From NCBI GenBank assembly GCA_014190895.1, contig BJGV01000001.1, positions 113,845 through 177,844 on the forward strand: a stretch of 64,000 bases of DNA. Reading direction: 5' to 3'. Numbering within the stretch: position 1 is the first letter of the stretch; the number at the start of each line of letters is the position of its first letter. A program made the position numbers and the translations under genes. This DNA comes from Nitrosomonadaceae bacterium. GTDB lineage: Bacteria; Pseudomonadota; Gammaproteobacteria; Burkholderiales; Nitrosomonadaceae. A model generated the notes under the pieces. It ran no database searches and was not told the origin of the DNA. It saw only the letters and a program-made list of their open reading frames with translations. Below are positions 1 to 11,844 of this stretch, piece after piece.

Positions 1-1767
<1,767 letters not shown>

Positions 1768-1826
1768 TGCATAGAATAAGAACAGAAAGAAGTGGGGAAA
1801 TAAAAATAGGTTGAATTGGTTCTATT

Positions 1827-1864
1827 AAAATAAATGCTTAATTTATCGCCCAAGCATTTATTTT
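1827..1864. terminator. AT-rich perfect inverted repeat downstream of ligA (possible terminator)
   Basis: AAAATAAATGCTT (1827-1839), a 12-nt loop, then AAGCATTTATTTT (1852-1864), about 60 nt after the ligA stop. The stem is AT-rich, so function is uncertain. Confidence 0.4.
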
Positions 1865-1952
1865 AAAAATAAAAAATTCTATTTGTAACTCACTCAAAAA
1901 ATAATAAGAATTCGGTAGCACATTATTTACATTATTTATAGCTCGGAGAAAT

Positions 1953-2699
1953 ATGCTAGCAATAATCGGTGATAAAAGAATAACAAGACTACCTGATTTT
2001 GAGATATCCCATCGGCAGATTATAAGAACACCGTATGGAGAGCCATCTTCTCCTTTAACTTTTGGCAGAATCAATGACCATGAGATCGTATTTTTAGCTC
2101 GTCAGGGCTCGTTTCATAATATCCTACCTCATGCAGTTAATTATTGTGCCAACGTATGGGCGCTGAACTCGTTTAATCCTACACAAGTCATATCAATCTC
2201 ATTAGTAGGGGGTATTCATCCAGATTTACTGCCCGGAATGATTGTTATTCCTGATCAGATTATTGATTATACTCACAGCAGAAAATCTACTTATTTCGAG
2301 AGCACTGAGAAGACAATTGCTTGTACTGATTTTTCAGAGCCATACTGTAGGATAGCGCGTATGGATATTCTGGAGGCTGCAAAGCGAGGGCATGAAAAGA
2401 TAATTAATGGTGGTGTTTACGCGGCAACTCAAGGGCCACGTTTAGAAACCGTTGCCGAGATTAATCGATTAGAGCGTGACGGTGCTGACATAGTAGGTAT
2501 GACTGATATGCCAGAAGCAGTGTTGGCTAAAGAACTGCAGTTATGCTACGCAACCATAGCAGTAGTGAATTATTGTGCCGTTAGAAGGGGGGTAGCTATT
2601 CATGCTATAAAGTCGGCAAGCGCCCATGTTATCTTGGAAGAAGCGGCAACGAAAGTAATAAATATTTTAAAGTCCATAGTAGAGCCTAATGGCAATTAA
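1953..2699 (+). CDS. MTAP/MTIP-family (PNP family 2) nucleoside phosphorylase-like protein with atypical phosphate-site residues
   Basis: Family-typical blocks are present: [62 protein letters not shown]. The N-terminal Gly loop reads AIIGDKR and the ARHGxxH block reads ARQGSFH. Confidence 0.75.
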   Translation: MLAIIGDKRITRLPDFEISHRQIIRTPYGEPSSPLTFGRINDHEIVFLARQGSFHNILPHAVNYCANVWALNSFNPTQVISISLVGGIHPDLLPGMIVIPDQIIDYTHSRKSTYFESTEKTIACTDFSEPYCRIARMDILEAAKRGHEKIINGGVYAATQGPRLETVAEINRLERDGADIVGMTDMPEAVLAKELQLCYATIAVVNYCAVRRGVAIHAIKSASAHVILEEAATKVINILKSIVEPNGN

Positions 2700-3210
2700 A
2701 TCTATTTTAAAAATGGGTGATCCATTCTTACTAAGCACAGCTAAAAAGGTTAAGAAATTTAACACACCTGAGCTCAATACCTTAATTCAAGATATGCAAG
2801 AAACTATGGAATCGGAAAACGGTGCTGGTTTGGCGGCGCCACAGATTGGCGTTAATTTACAAGTGGTCATATTTGGTTTGGAGTACAATCCGCGTTACCC
2901 TGATGCAGAGAGAGTCCCTTATACTGTATTGATAAATCCTGTGCTTAATCCTCTTACAAAAGAAATAGAAGAGGATTGGGAGGGTTGTTTAAGTGTTCCT
3001 AATATGCGTGGCAGAGTGCCACGTTTTACTAAAATACTTTACTGTGGATTCGATCAATATGGGGAATCTGTGAATCGTAGCGTGGAAGGATTTCATGCCC
3101 GTGTTGTGCAGCATGAATGTGATCATTTGCAAGGTATACTTTATCCAATGCGAATTACTGATCTTAGAATGTTTGGCTTTACTGAGGCACTGCCCGTTAA
3201 TCAGATCTAG
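2689..3210 (+). CDS. def: peptide deformylase
   Basis: All three deformylase motifs are present: [24 protein letters not shown]. It overlaps the upstream gene by 11 nt. Confidence 0.95.
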   Translation: MAIKSILKMGDPFLLSTAKKVKKFNTPELNTLIQDMQETMESENGAGLAAPQIGVNLQVVIFGLEYNPRYPDAERVPYTVLINPVLNPLTKEIEEDWEGCLSVPNMRGRVPRFTKILYCGFDQYGESVNRSVEGFHARVVQHECDHLQGILYPMRITDLRMFGFTEALPVNQI

Positions 3211-3316
3211 AGTTATTCTAACTTGTTTAAACTGAAAATTTTTTAAATCTGAATGAAATAAAAGTTTCTCATCGATTTCCATTGTGATTTTGAGTCAGAT
3301 TCATAAGAGTAGTTTT

Positions 3317-3727
3317 TTATGGCTTGACTACCACTAATAACACTATTGCAATTAAAATTCCCACTGGAACTTCGTTGAACCAGCGATAATAAACATGTCC
3401 ATGTTGATTTTTATCCTGTTTAAAGTTGGCAAGCAATCGACCACAGTAAAAATGGTAAGCAATTAGCACCGCTACTAATAAAAGCTTAGTATGCATCCAA
3501 TTACCGGAAATGTTATAACCTAACCAGAGCCATACACCGAATATTATAGTTAATGCTGCGCTTGGCATCATGATGCCATAGTAAAGTTTTCGCTCCATCA
3601 CTTTAAATCGTTCGATGCTGATAGAATCATTGCTCAGGGCATGATAAACAAACAGTCTTGGTAAATAAAATAAACCAGCAAACCAAGTTACTAGGAAAAT
3701 AATATGTAACGATTTTACCCAGAGCAT
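3317..3727 (-). CDS. hemJ: HemJ-type protoporphyrinogen IX oxidase / UPF0093 membrane protein
   Basis: 136 aa with 4 predicted TM segments. The N-terminus MLWVKSLHIIFLVTWFAGLFYLPRLFVYH matches the HemJ family signature as I recall it. Confidence 0.75.
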   Translation of the reverse strand: MLWVKSLHIIFLVTWFAGLFYLPRLFVYHALSNDSISIERFKVMERKLYYGIMMPSAALTIIFGVWLWLGYNISGNWMHTKLLLVAVLIAYHFYCGRLLANFKQDKNQHGHVYYRWFNEVPVGILIAIVLLVVVKP

Positions 3728-3844
3728 TTGATCTCTCCCCGCTCATTAAAATGACTCATTGCGTTAGCAGTTAATAAGTAAATAATATTACTGATACAGA
3801 ACTGTCAGTTTATCATCAGTATTACAGAGTACAGAGAAAATTCT

Positions 3845-4969
3845 ATGAAATCGATTAAAACACGTGCAGCTGTTGCTTGGGCTCCCGGATTACCTTTAAG
3901 AGTGGAAGAAATAGATTTAATGATGCCGCAGAAGGGTGAAGTGTTGGTCCGGATTGTAGCTACAGGAGTATGTCATACCGATGCATATACACTTTCTGGA
4001 AGAGATCCGGAGGGTATATTCCCCGTGATCCTTGGTCACGAAGGTGCTGGTATTGTCGAGGCTTTAGGTGAAGAAGTTAGTAGTGTTGCCGTAGGAGACC
4101 ACGTGATAGCACTTTACACACCAGAATGTGGCAAGTGTAAATTTTGTAGATCAGGGAAAACTAATTTGTGTCAGGCTATTAGATTAACTCAAGGCCGTGG
4201 ACTAATGCCTGACGGTACCACGCGTTTTTATAAAGCCGGGAAACCTATTCATCACTATATGGGTACGTCAACTTTTTCTGAATACACGGTAATACCAGAA
4301 ATCTCCTTAGCAAAAATTAGCAAGAAAGCGCCATTAGAGAAAATTTGTTTACTTGGTTGCGGGGTCACAACAGGCCTGGGTGCTGTTGCTAATACTGCGA
4401 AAGTAAAAGCAGGTGATACTTTGGCAGTATTTGGTCTTGGTGGTATCGGTCTTGCTGTAATAATGGGTGCAATCATAGCCAGAGCTTCTCGTATTATAGC
4501 TATTGACATTAACTCTGATAAATTCGAAATTGCACGGCAACTAGGCGCCACTGATGTGATTAATCCAATGGATCATGGTAGACCTATTCAAGATGTGATC
4601 ATCGAGATGACTAATGGTGGGGTAGATTTTTCTTTTGAGTGTATTGGTAATGTCGAAGTAATGCGTTCTGCCTTAGAGTGTTGTCATAAAGGTTGGGGAG
4701 AGTCAGTGATTATTGGTGTTGCTGGTGCCGGCGAGGAGATTCACACTCGCCCATTACAGCTGGTGACGGGGCGCATATGGCGCGGTTCCGCATTCGGTGG
4801 AGTGAAGGGAAGAACTGAACTACCTATCTATGTGCAACGCTATCTTGATGGCGAATTTGAATTAGATATTTTTATTACCCACACTATGGGATTAGATGAT
4901 ATTAATAAAGCATTTGATTTAATCCGCACAAGAAAATCTATTCGTTCGGTCATTCATTACAATAAATGA
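3845..4969 (+). CDS. adhC: S-(hydroxymethyl)glutathione dehydrogenase / class III alcohol dehydrogenase
   Basis: 374 aa Zn-ADH. Motifs: [21 protein letters not shown], the structural Zn cysteines [15 protein letters not shown], and Rossmann GLGGIGLAV. Length and termini fit class III ADH. Confidence 0.9.
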   Translation: MKSIKTRAAVAWAPGLPLRVEEIDLMMPQKGEVLVRIVATGVCHTDAYTLSGRDPEGIFPVILGHEGAGIVEALGEEVSSVAVGDHVIALYTPECGKCKFCRSGKTNLCQAIRLTQGRGLMPDGTTRFYKAGKPIHHYMGTSTFSEYTVIPEISLAKISKKAPLEKICLLGCGVTTGLGAVANTAKVKAGDTLAVFGLGGIGLAVIMGAIIARASRIIAIDINSDKFEIARQLGATDVINPMDHGRPIQDVIIEMTNGGVDFSFECIGNVEVMRSALECCHKGWGESVIIGVAGAGEEIHTRPLQLVTGRIWRGSAFGGVKGRTELPIYVQRYLDGEFELDIFITHTMGLDDINKAFDLIRTRKSIRSVIHYNK

Positions 4970-4986
4970 CCTCTAGTTCTTCTTAG

Positions 4987-5030
4987 TAACAATAAATTCT
5001 TACTAATTTTTTATTGTTAGATTTTTTTTT
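4987..5030. terminator. bidirectional hairpin between convergent adhC and nnr
   Basis: TAACAATAAA (4987-4996), a 13-nt loop, TTTATTGTTA (5010-5019), then a T9 run (5022-5030). The right arm overlaps the nnr stop codon. Confidence 0.5.
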
Positions 5031-6522
5031 CGTAAGCTAAACAGTTTAATAAATTACGTGCCGAATTGATAACTTCCGATGCAGTCATTCCAATTGGGCC
5101 ACCATGTTCTTTTAGTAACACGTCCGCCGCCGCACCATGCAGATAGACTGCTAGCAATAGTGATCTCTCTGCATCCATTCCTTGTGCTAAAAGAGCACTA
5201 ATAAAGCCAGATAATACATCACCTGTACCCGCGCTACTCAGACCAGGATTTCCGCTAGTATTAATGTAACATTTACCGTTGGGCGAAGCACAGATACTGC
5301 CTATACCTTTTAGAACAACATAACAATTAAAATACTTTGCCAGATTCTTTGTGGCAGCCATACGGTCATTTTGTACTATTTTGGTATCCATATTCAGTAG
5401 ATGAGCTGCTTCTGCAGGATGGGGTGTGAGTATAGAAGGAGCCATTCGCTTCTGTAATTGGTGGGTAAGTTTAGAGTTACTAGCAATAAGATTTAATGCG
5501 TCGGCATCTAGCACCAGGGATAAAGGAGATTGTATTGCATGCTCTAACATGAGACACGCGTCGGCTTCAACTCCAAGTCCGGGTCCAACGACCAAACAAC
5601 TTAAATGATTAAATTTAAGTAATTCATGAGCTGAAGGAAACATTAATTCTGGTTGTGCAGAGTCGACTCTCGGTGCATTATTTGAAACTAGACCGATATA
5701 AACACGCCCTGCACCTAATTTTAAGGCAGCTGTTCCGGTTAAAAGTGCCGCACCCGTCATACCTTCTGATCCACCAATGACGCCAACACTACCAAACAAA
5801 CCTTTGTGACTATTAGCGCGGCGAGGGGAGGGTAATAATTTTTTTGCGTAAATTTGATCCAGTATTTGTAAATGAGGTTTTACTAATGAGAATGGGTCGA
5901 TATCTAAATTACAGAGTAAAATCTCCCCACAATATTCTGGACCATAACAAGTTATAAGACCGGGTTTGAAGCAAATAAAAGTTGTTGTCATAGTGGCATG
6001 GATAGCTGCACCATGTACATTACCAGTACTACTGTTTAAGCCACTAGGCACATCAAGCGAAAGAACTGGCAGATTAAGATTATTGACAGTATTAACAAGC
6101 TCAAGGTATTTACCTTTGAGGTCTGTTGTTAAATTTATACCAAATAATCCATCTATTACTGCATCCCAACTTTTTTTTACTGGAATTTCGGAAAGAATGC
6201 TGCCGCCTATATTTAGCCAAGCCTCTAGTGCATACTTTGCATGACTAGGTAATCTGTCACATTTACCAGTAAATACCAGCGTGACATTAAACCACCATGC
6301 TTGTAAATAACGAGCAACGACAAATGCGTCACCACCGTTATTACCCGGACCTGCCAAAATTAACACTCTACTCTTGCCATTGATTAATAGCCTATTGAGA
6401 GCTACTTTTGCTGCGGCTAGTCCAGCTCTTTCCATTAGAGATGGAGGATTTGGTAGGGCAGCAACAAGTCGCTGAATTTCTTCGATCTCAGCAGCAGAGT
6501 AAAGGGGAGTTAAATTATTCAT
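5017..6522 (-). CDS. nnr: bifunctional NAD(P)H-hydrate repair enzyme (epimerase + ADP-dependent dehydratase, YjeF-type)
   Basis: 501 aa. It has an N-terminal YjeF_N-like part (GPGNNGGDAFVVAR) and a C-terminal carbohydrate-kinase-like part (GSVGVIGGSEGMTGAALL ... GTGDVLSG). Confidence 0.9.
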   Translation of the reverse strand: MNNLTPLYSAAEIEEIQRLVAALPNPPSLMERAGLAAAKVALNRLLINGKSRVLILAGPGNNGGDAFVVARYLQAWWFNVTLVFTGKCDRLPSHAKYALEAWLNIGGSILSEIPVKKSWDAVIDGLFGINLTTDLKGKYLELVNTVNNLNLPVLSLDVPSGLNSSTGNVHGAAIHATMTTTFICFKPGLITCYGPEYCGEILLCNLDIDPFSLVKPHLQILDQIYAKKLLPSPRRANSHKGLFGSVGVIGGSEGMTGAALLTGTAALKLGAGRVYIGLVSNNAPRVDSAQPELMFPSAHELLKFNHLSCLVVGPGLGVEADACLMLEHAIQSPLSLVLDADALNLIASNSKLTHQLQKRMAPSILTPHPAEAAHLLNMDTKIVQNDRMAATKNLAKYFNCYVVLKGIGSICASPNGKCYINTSGNPGLSSAGTGDVLSGFISALLAQGMDAERSLLLAVYLHGAAADVLLKEHGGPIGMTASEVINSARNLLNCLAYEKKI

Positions 6523-6579
6523 CCTGTGGTTTATCTAGTGTAAGATTGTGTTCTACAAATAATTATTTTACTGTAACTG

Positions 6580-9500
6580 ATGCTTCGATTTCGTGGCGGT
6601 ATCGCCCTTTCCCCTTTGCGATTAGAAAGAATAATGGGTGCACTTAGGGTCTCTGTTCCTCAAGTTTCCCATATTTATGCCGAGTATTGGCATTTTTGTA
6701 AAATAAAACGTCCTCTACAACAGAACGAAGTAACTATCATTGATAAGTTACTTACCTATGGTCCGGTACAAAAGACTGAAATTCCCTTGGGCGAATTGTT
6801 GTTAGTGTTGCCTCGTTTTGGCACTATTTCTCCTTGGTCTTCTAAAGCTACCGATATCTCTCATCGTTGTGGGCTAAATGTAATTGAACGTTTAGAGCGT
6901 GGCGTGGCATTTTATGTGCAGTCTCATGGCAATCTCTCTGCTGAAGCTAGAGCTACATGCGCCACTCTAATACATGACCGTATGACTGAATCTGTTTTTA
7001 ATTCGTTTAATGACGCAGAGAAATTATTTCTACATTTTATGCCCACATCATTTGAAACTGTAGATGTATTAGGTGTCGGTATAGAGGCGTTACAACTTGC
7101 TAATATCGGATTAGGATTGGCGTTATCACCCGAAGAAATAGAATATATTGCAATTAATTTTACGCGCATCGGCCGTAATCCAACCGACGTGGAATTAATG
7201 ATGTTTGCTCAAGCTAACTCAGAACACTGTCGGCATAAAATTTTTAACGCCGACTGGATTATAGACGGGCGGGTGCAGACGAAATCTTTATTTTCAATGA
7301 TACGTAATACCCATCAAATGAATCCGCAAGGTACGGTAGTAGCTTACACCGATAATTCTTCTATTATTGAGGGCGCGCAGGTTGCCTGTTTCTATCCAGG
7401 AAGAGATGATAAGTACGATTATGCCGAAGAGCAGATAAATATTTTAATGAAAGTTGAAACTCATAACCATCCCACCGCAATCTCTCCTTATCCCGGAGCC
7501 GCTACTGGTGTGGGTGGGGAAATTCGTGACGAAGGAGCGACTGGTCGAGGCGCTAAACCCAGAGCTGGTTTCACTGGGTTTTCTGTTTCCAATTTAAGTA
7601 TCCCAGATTTTATTCAATCTTGGGAGATATATCAGGAATCTAGAGTAAAGAATGGCTATGGCAAACCTCATCATATTTCATCTGCTTTGCAGATTATGTT
7701 AGAGGCTCCAATTGGCGGAGCAGCATTTAATAACGAATTTGGACGACCTAATTTAGCTGGATACTTTCGCACCTTTGAAGAATTAGTGGCAGGTGAAATG
7801 CGCGGATATCACAAACCTATCATGTTAGCTGGGGGTATGGGTCATATCTTGCAACAGCATTCATTTAAGGAGGAGTTTCCACCTGATGCCTTGCTAATTC
7901 AATTAGGCGGACCTGGAATGTTAATTGGTCTTGGCGGTGGGGCAGCTTCTAGTATGAATACTGGGACAAATAAAGAAATGCTTGATTTTGATTCTGTGCA
8001 GCGTGGTAACGCAGAGATGGAAAGACGGGCTCAAGAGGTGATTAATCGCTGTTGCCAGATGAATGGAAAAGATGCATCCAATCCCATTCTTTCGATTCAT
8101 GATGTTGGCGCAGGCGGTCTATCTAATGCATTGCCAGAACTTTTACACGATTTTAAGCGTGGCGGACATTTTAATTTACGTGATATTCCTTCAGAAGAAT
8201 CAAGCATGTCACCCATGCAAATTTGGAGCAATGAGTCCCAGGAACGCTATGTATTGGCAATTAAATTAGAGTCATTGGAATTATTCAGAGCAATTTGTGA
8301 ACGCGAACGCTGCCCATTTTCTGTAATAGGCGAAGCAACTAAATTAGAGCAACTTGTTGTAAGTGATCTGGTACTCGGAAATAATCCTGTTGATATGGAA
8401 CTTTCAGTTTTATTAGGAAAGTTGCCAAAAATAACACGTGATGTTGTACGCATAGAGAAAAAATTACTTCCTTTTGATATAACAAAGTTAGAATTAAAAG
8501 AAGTCGCTTATCGAGTTCTACGTCTGCCCGCAGTAGCAGATAAAACTTTTCTCATTAGTATTGGTGACCGTACTGTCGGCGGGATGACAGCCCGTGATCA
8601 GATGGTAGGGCCTTGGCAGATACCGGTAGCGGATGCAGCAGTAATGCTTATGGGATATAAAACTTATTTGGGGGAGGCATTTGCTATAGGTGAACGCGCT
8701 CCATTAGCGCTCATCAATCCTGCTGCTGCTGCACGTATGGCGGTGGGTGAGGCCATCACCAATATTGCTGCTGCACTGATTATAGATATTGGAGAGATCA
8801 AGCTTTCCGCCAACTGGATGGCGGCGGCTGGGCATCCAGGTGAGGATGCGGGTTTGTACGATGCGGTCCATGCAGTAGGGATAGAGTTATGTCCGCAACT
8901 GGGGATCAGTATTCCGGTAGGTAAGGACTCCATGTCAATGAAGACGGTATGGACTGAAGAAGAGAATGATCAGAGTACGACTGTCCATAAGGAAGTGACT
9001 GCACCTCTGTCCTTGATCATCTCAGCCTTTGCGCGAGTGATAGACGTGCGTAAGACACTCACGCCTCAATTACGTACCGACTGTGGAGAGACGGAACTGA
9101 TCTTGATTGATCTGGGCGCGGGTAGAAACCGTCTAGGTGGATCGGCGTTAGCGCAAGTTTATAAGCAGGCAGGTGATATAGCCCCGGATCTAGATGATCC
9201 ACAGAAGCTCAAGGGATTATTCGCCGGTCTGCAACGCTTAAATCAAGAAGGTAGGGTACTTGCTTATCATGACCGCTCTGACGGGGGCCTATTTGTGGCA
9301 TTGTGCGAGATGGCCTTTGCCAGTCATTCCGGTATTACAGTCAATCTCGATCAGTTGTGTTTCGACGAGCTCGCTAATGATGTGGATGGTTATGAGCTGA
9401 GACCCGAAATAATGGACGGAAAGGCTCAGGGAAGAATCCTTTCTGTCCTTTTTAATGAGGAGCTTGGTGGGGTGATCCAGATCAGAACAGAGCAGCGTCA

Positions 9501-10605
9501 TGCCGTTCTGGAAGTTTTGGCAGAGGCTGGTTTGCGCGATATGAGTTTTGTCATCGGAAGTCTTAACGATAAGGATCAAGTACGTTTCTTGAGAAACAAT
9601 AAAACGGTATTTTCCGAGCGGCGTTTAGATCTGCAGCGCGCTTGGTCAGAGACCACGCATCAAATGCAAAAGCTGCGGGATAATCCAGAGTGTGCGCAGC
9701 AGGAATATGATCGCATACTCGATATCACCGACCCTGGTCTGAATGTGCAGTTGAGTTTCGATGTGGACGATGATATTGCTGCTCCTTATATCCAGAGTGG
9801 AGCGAGGCCAAGAATTGTTATTCTGAGAGAGCAGGGTGTAAATGGTCATGTCGAGATGGCTGCAGCCTTTGACCGGGCTGGATTCGCTGCGACCGATGTG
9901 CACATGAGTGATATCATCGCTGGACGTGTCTCACTGCAACATTATCAGGGCTTGGCTGCATGCGGTGGGTTCTCCTACGGAGATGTGCTGGGGGCAGGGG
10001 AAGGTTGGGCCAAGTCTATTCTGTTCAATCATCGCGCACGTGATGAATTCAAAATGTTTTTCCAACGGACCGATACCTTCGCCCTAGGGATCTGTAACGG
10101 ATGCCAGATGATGAGCAATCTGCAAGAAATAATTCCCGGTGCGGAGTACTGGCCTCACTTTGTGCGCAACAAGTCAGAGCAGTTTGAAGCCCGCTTCGTT
10201 ATGGCTGAGGTTCAGCAGAGCCCCTCAATGTTTTTTGATGGAATGGTCGGTAGCCGTATGCCTATTGCTGTTGCTCATGGAGAGGGTTATGCGGAATTTG
10301 CCGATGAGAAAGCGCTATTGGCTGCATCATCTCTGATCGCACTACGTTTTATCGACAATTACGGCAAGCCTACTGAGATTTATCCACTTAATCCTAATGG
10401 TTCTCCCCAGGGCATTGCCGGCATGACTACACCAGATGGGCGTTTCAGTATACTTATGCCACACCCGGAACGGGTGTTCCGTGTCGCTCAACATTCATGG
10501 TATCCGACTGCGGAGTCGAGTATTAAGGGCGTGGGTGCGACAGAGTGGCATGAAGACGGGCCATGGATGAGGATGTTTAGGAATGCGAGAAGATGGGTGT
10601 GCTGA
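6580..10605 (+). CDS. purL: phosphoribosylformylglycinamidine (FGAM) synthase, single-chain large form
   Basis: 1341 aa. The N-terminus resembles E. coli PurL. It has an AIRS-like repeat region ([26 protein letters not shown]) and a C-terminal glutaminase (GICNGCQMM ... PHPER). The frame is continuous across the composition change near 8.5 kb. Confidence 0.95.
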   Translation: MLRFRGGIALSPLRLERIMGALRVSVPQVSHIYAEYWHFCKIKRPLQQNEVTIIDKLLTYGPVQKTEIPLGELLLVLPRFGTISPWSSKATDISHRCGLNVIERLERGVAFYVQSHGNLSAEARATCATLIHDRMTESVFNSFNDAEKLFLHFMPTSFETVDVLGVGIEALQLANIGLGLALSPEEIEYIAINFTRIGRNPTDVELMMFAQANSEHCRHKIFNADWIIDGRVQTKSLFSMIRNTHQMNPQGTVVAYTDNSSIIEGAQVACFYPGRDDKYDYAEEQINILMKVETHNHPTAISPYPGAATGVGGEIRDEGATGRGAKPRAGFTGFSVSNLSIPDFIQSWEIYQESRVKNGYGKPHHISSALQIMLEAPIGGAAFNNEFGRPNLAGYFRTFEELVAGEMRGYHKPIMLAGGMGHILQQHSFKEEFPPDALLIQLGGPGMLIGLGGGAASSMNTGTNKEMLDFDSVQRGNAEMERRAQEVINRCCQMNGKDASNPILSIHDVGAGGLSNALPELLHDFKRGGHFNLRDIPSEESSMSPMQIWSNESQERYVLAIKLESLELFRAICERERCPFSVIGEATKLEQLVVSDLVLGNNPVDMELSVLLGKLPKITRDVVRIEKKLLPFDITKLELKEVAYRVLRLPAVADKTFLISIGDRTVGGMTARDQMVGPWQIPVADAAVMLMGYKTYLGEAFAIGERAPLALINPAAAARMAVGEAITNIAAALIIDIGEIKLSANWMAAAGHPGEDAGLYDAVHAVGIELCPQLGISIPVGKDSMSMKTVWTEEENDQSTTVHKEVTAPLSLIISAFARVIDVRKTLTPQLRTDCGETELILIDLGAGRNRLGGSALAQVYKQAGDIAPDLDDPQKLKGLFAGLQRLNQEGRVLAYHDRSDGGLFVALCEMAFASHSGITVNLDQLCFDELANDVDGYELRPEIMDGKAQGRILSVLFNEELGGVIQIRTEQRHAVLEVLAEAGLRDMSFVIGSLNDKDQVRFLRNNKTVFSERRLDLQRAWSETTHQMQKLRDNPECAQQEYDRILDITDPGLNVQLSFDVDDDIAAPYIQSGARPRIVILREQGVNGHVEMAAAFDRAGFAATDVHMSDIIAGRVSLQHYQGLAACGGFSYGDVLGAGEGWAKSILFNHRARDEFKMFFQRTDTFALGICNGCQMMSNLQEIIPGAEYWPHFVRNKSEQFEARFVMAEVQQSPSMFFDGMVGSRMPIAVAHGEGYAEFADEKALLAASSLIALRFIDNYGKPTEIYPLNPNGSPQGIAGMTTPDGRFSILMPHPERVFRVAQHSWYPTAESSIKGVGATEWHEDGPWMRMFRNARRWVC

Positions 10606-10632
10606 TATAACTTACGGTAAGGAGTGTCCGGT

Positions 10633-11844
10633 ATGATTATTTCTAAAAGTACGCTATATGTTGGACTTGTTGGCGTCGTTCTGCTTGTAGTTGGGGCAGA
10701 CTTTAATATTGCATCGGCTCAATCGAAGTCCACGAATAAGGAGGGCACGGACTGTGTTCCGGTGGCAAGTTGGGTAGTACCTGCTGGCAATAAGATAGCC
10801 AATAATAGGGTCATTGGGCGTGCGGCAAAACAGTCGGTAGTTTTGCTCGGTGAGATGCACGATAACCCAGAGCATCACCGCTGGCAGTTGCAGATGCTGG
10901 CTGCACTTTATGCCTCTCGTCCAGACATGGTGATAGGTTTCGAGATGTTTCCACGGCGGGTACAAAAAGCACTCGATCGATGGGTGGCTGGAGAGTTCAC
11001 TGAGACTGAATTTCTTGCCGCTACAGACTGGGACTCCGTTTGGAGTACGGACGCGAGTTACTATCTACCACTATTTCATTTCGCGCGTATGAACCGGATA
11101 CCGATGGTGGCACTCAATATTGATACGCGTTTGAGGCGGGAGATCTCCGCGAAGGGTTTCGATGGAGTGCCGGAGAGTGAGCGCGAAGGGGTGACGCGAC
11201 CTGCCAGTCCGAGTGTTGGATACCTTGATAACTTACTGCCTGTATATCAGGAACATGAGCACGAGGGCGAGAAAAAAACCGAGATCGGCCATGACGATCC
11301 AGATTTTAGGCGGTTTGTCGAGAGCCAGCAGCTATGGGATCGAGCGATGGCGCAAGCGATACATCGATCGCTCGAGAGACCAGGACGCCCGCTGGTGGTT
11401 GGGATCATGGGTGCGGGACATATCAAGCATGGCTATGGAGTCCCTCACCAACTGAAAGACCTCAAGATCCTAGATGTTGCCATGCTGCTTCCATGGGATA
11501 GTGGTAAGGCATGTGGTCAGCTCGTTGCAGGAATGGCCGATGCTGTGTTCGGTGTCGCACCATTCGTTTCGTCTGTCCAGCAGCATCAGCGGCTTGGGAT
11601 CCAATTTGAGATTACTTCAGATGGTGCACGAGTGTTGCAGGTTGAGAAAGGCAGTATTGCTGAGATATCGGGTCTGCGTAACGGTGATGTAATGCTGAAG
11701 GTTGCGGGCATGGTGGTTAAGCAGACTGGGGATATCGTCGCAGCGGTCAAGCGTCATGCGCCGGGCACCTGGTTACCGCTCAGGGTAAAACGAGGCAACG
11801 AGACAATCGAGGTCATCGCTAAATTCCCGGCAGAGGAACGGTGA
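10633..11844 (+). CDS. secreted ChaN/Tiki-superfamily (haem-binding-uptake-like) domain protein with C-terminal PDZ domain
   Basis: Signal peptide with ...NIASA/QSK. ChaN-type blocks VVLLGEMHDNPEHHRWQ and GIMGAGHIKHGYGVP. C-terminal PDZ-like GIQFEITSDGARVLQVEKGSIAEISGLRNGDVMLKVAG. I prefer the ATG at 10633, which lies 8-9 nt after TAAGGAG, over the GTG at 10624 that overlaps the SD. Confidence 0.75.
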   Translation: MIISKSTLYVGLVGVVLLVVGADFNIASAQSKSTNKEGTDCVPVASWVVPAGNKIANNRVIGRAAKQSVVLLGEMHDNPEHHRWQLQMLAALYASRPDMVIGFEMFPRRVQKALDRWVAGEFTETEFLAATDWDSVWSTDASYYLPLFHFARMNRIPMVALNIDTRLRREISAKGFDGVPESEREGVTRPASPSVGYLDNLLPVYQEHEHEGEKKTEIGHDDPDFRRFVESQQLWDRAMAQAIHRSLERPGRPLVVGIMGAGHIKHGYGVPHQLKDLKILDVAMLLPWDSGKACGQLVAGMADAVFGVAPFVSSVQQHQRLGIQFEITSDGARVLQVEKGSIAEISGLRNGDVMLKVAGMVVKQTGDIVAAVKRHAPGTWLPLRVKRGNETIEVIAKFPAEER

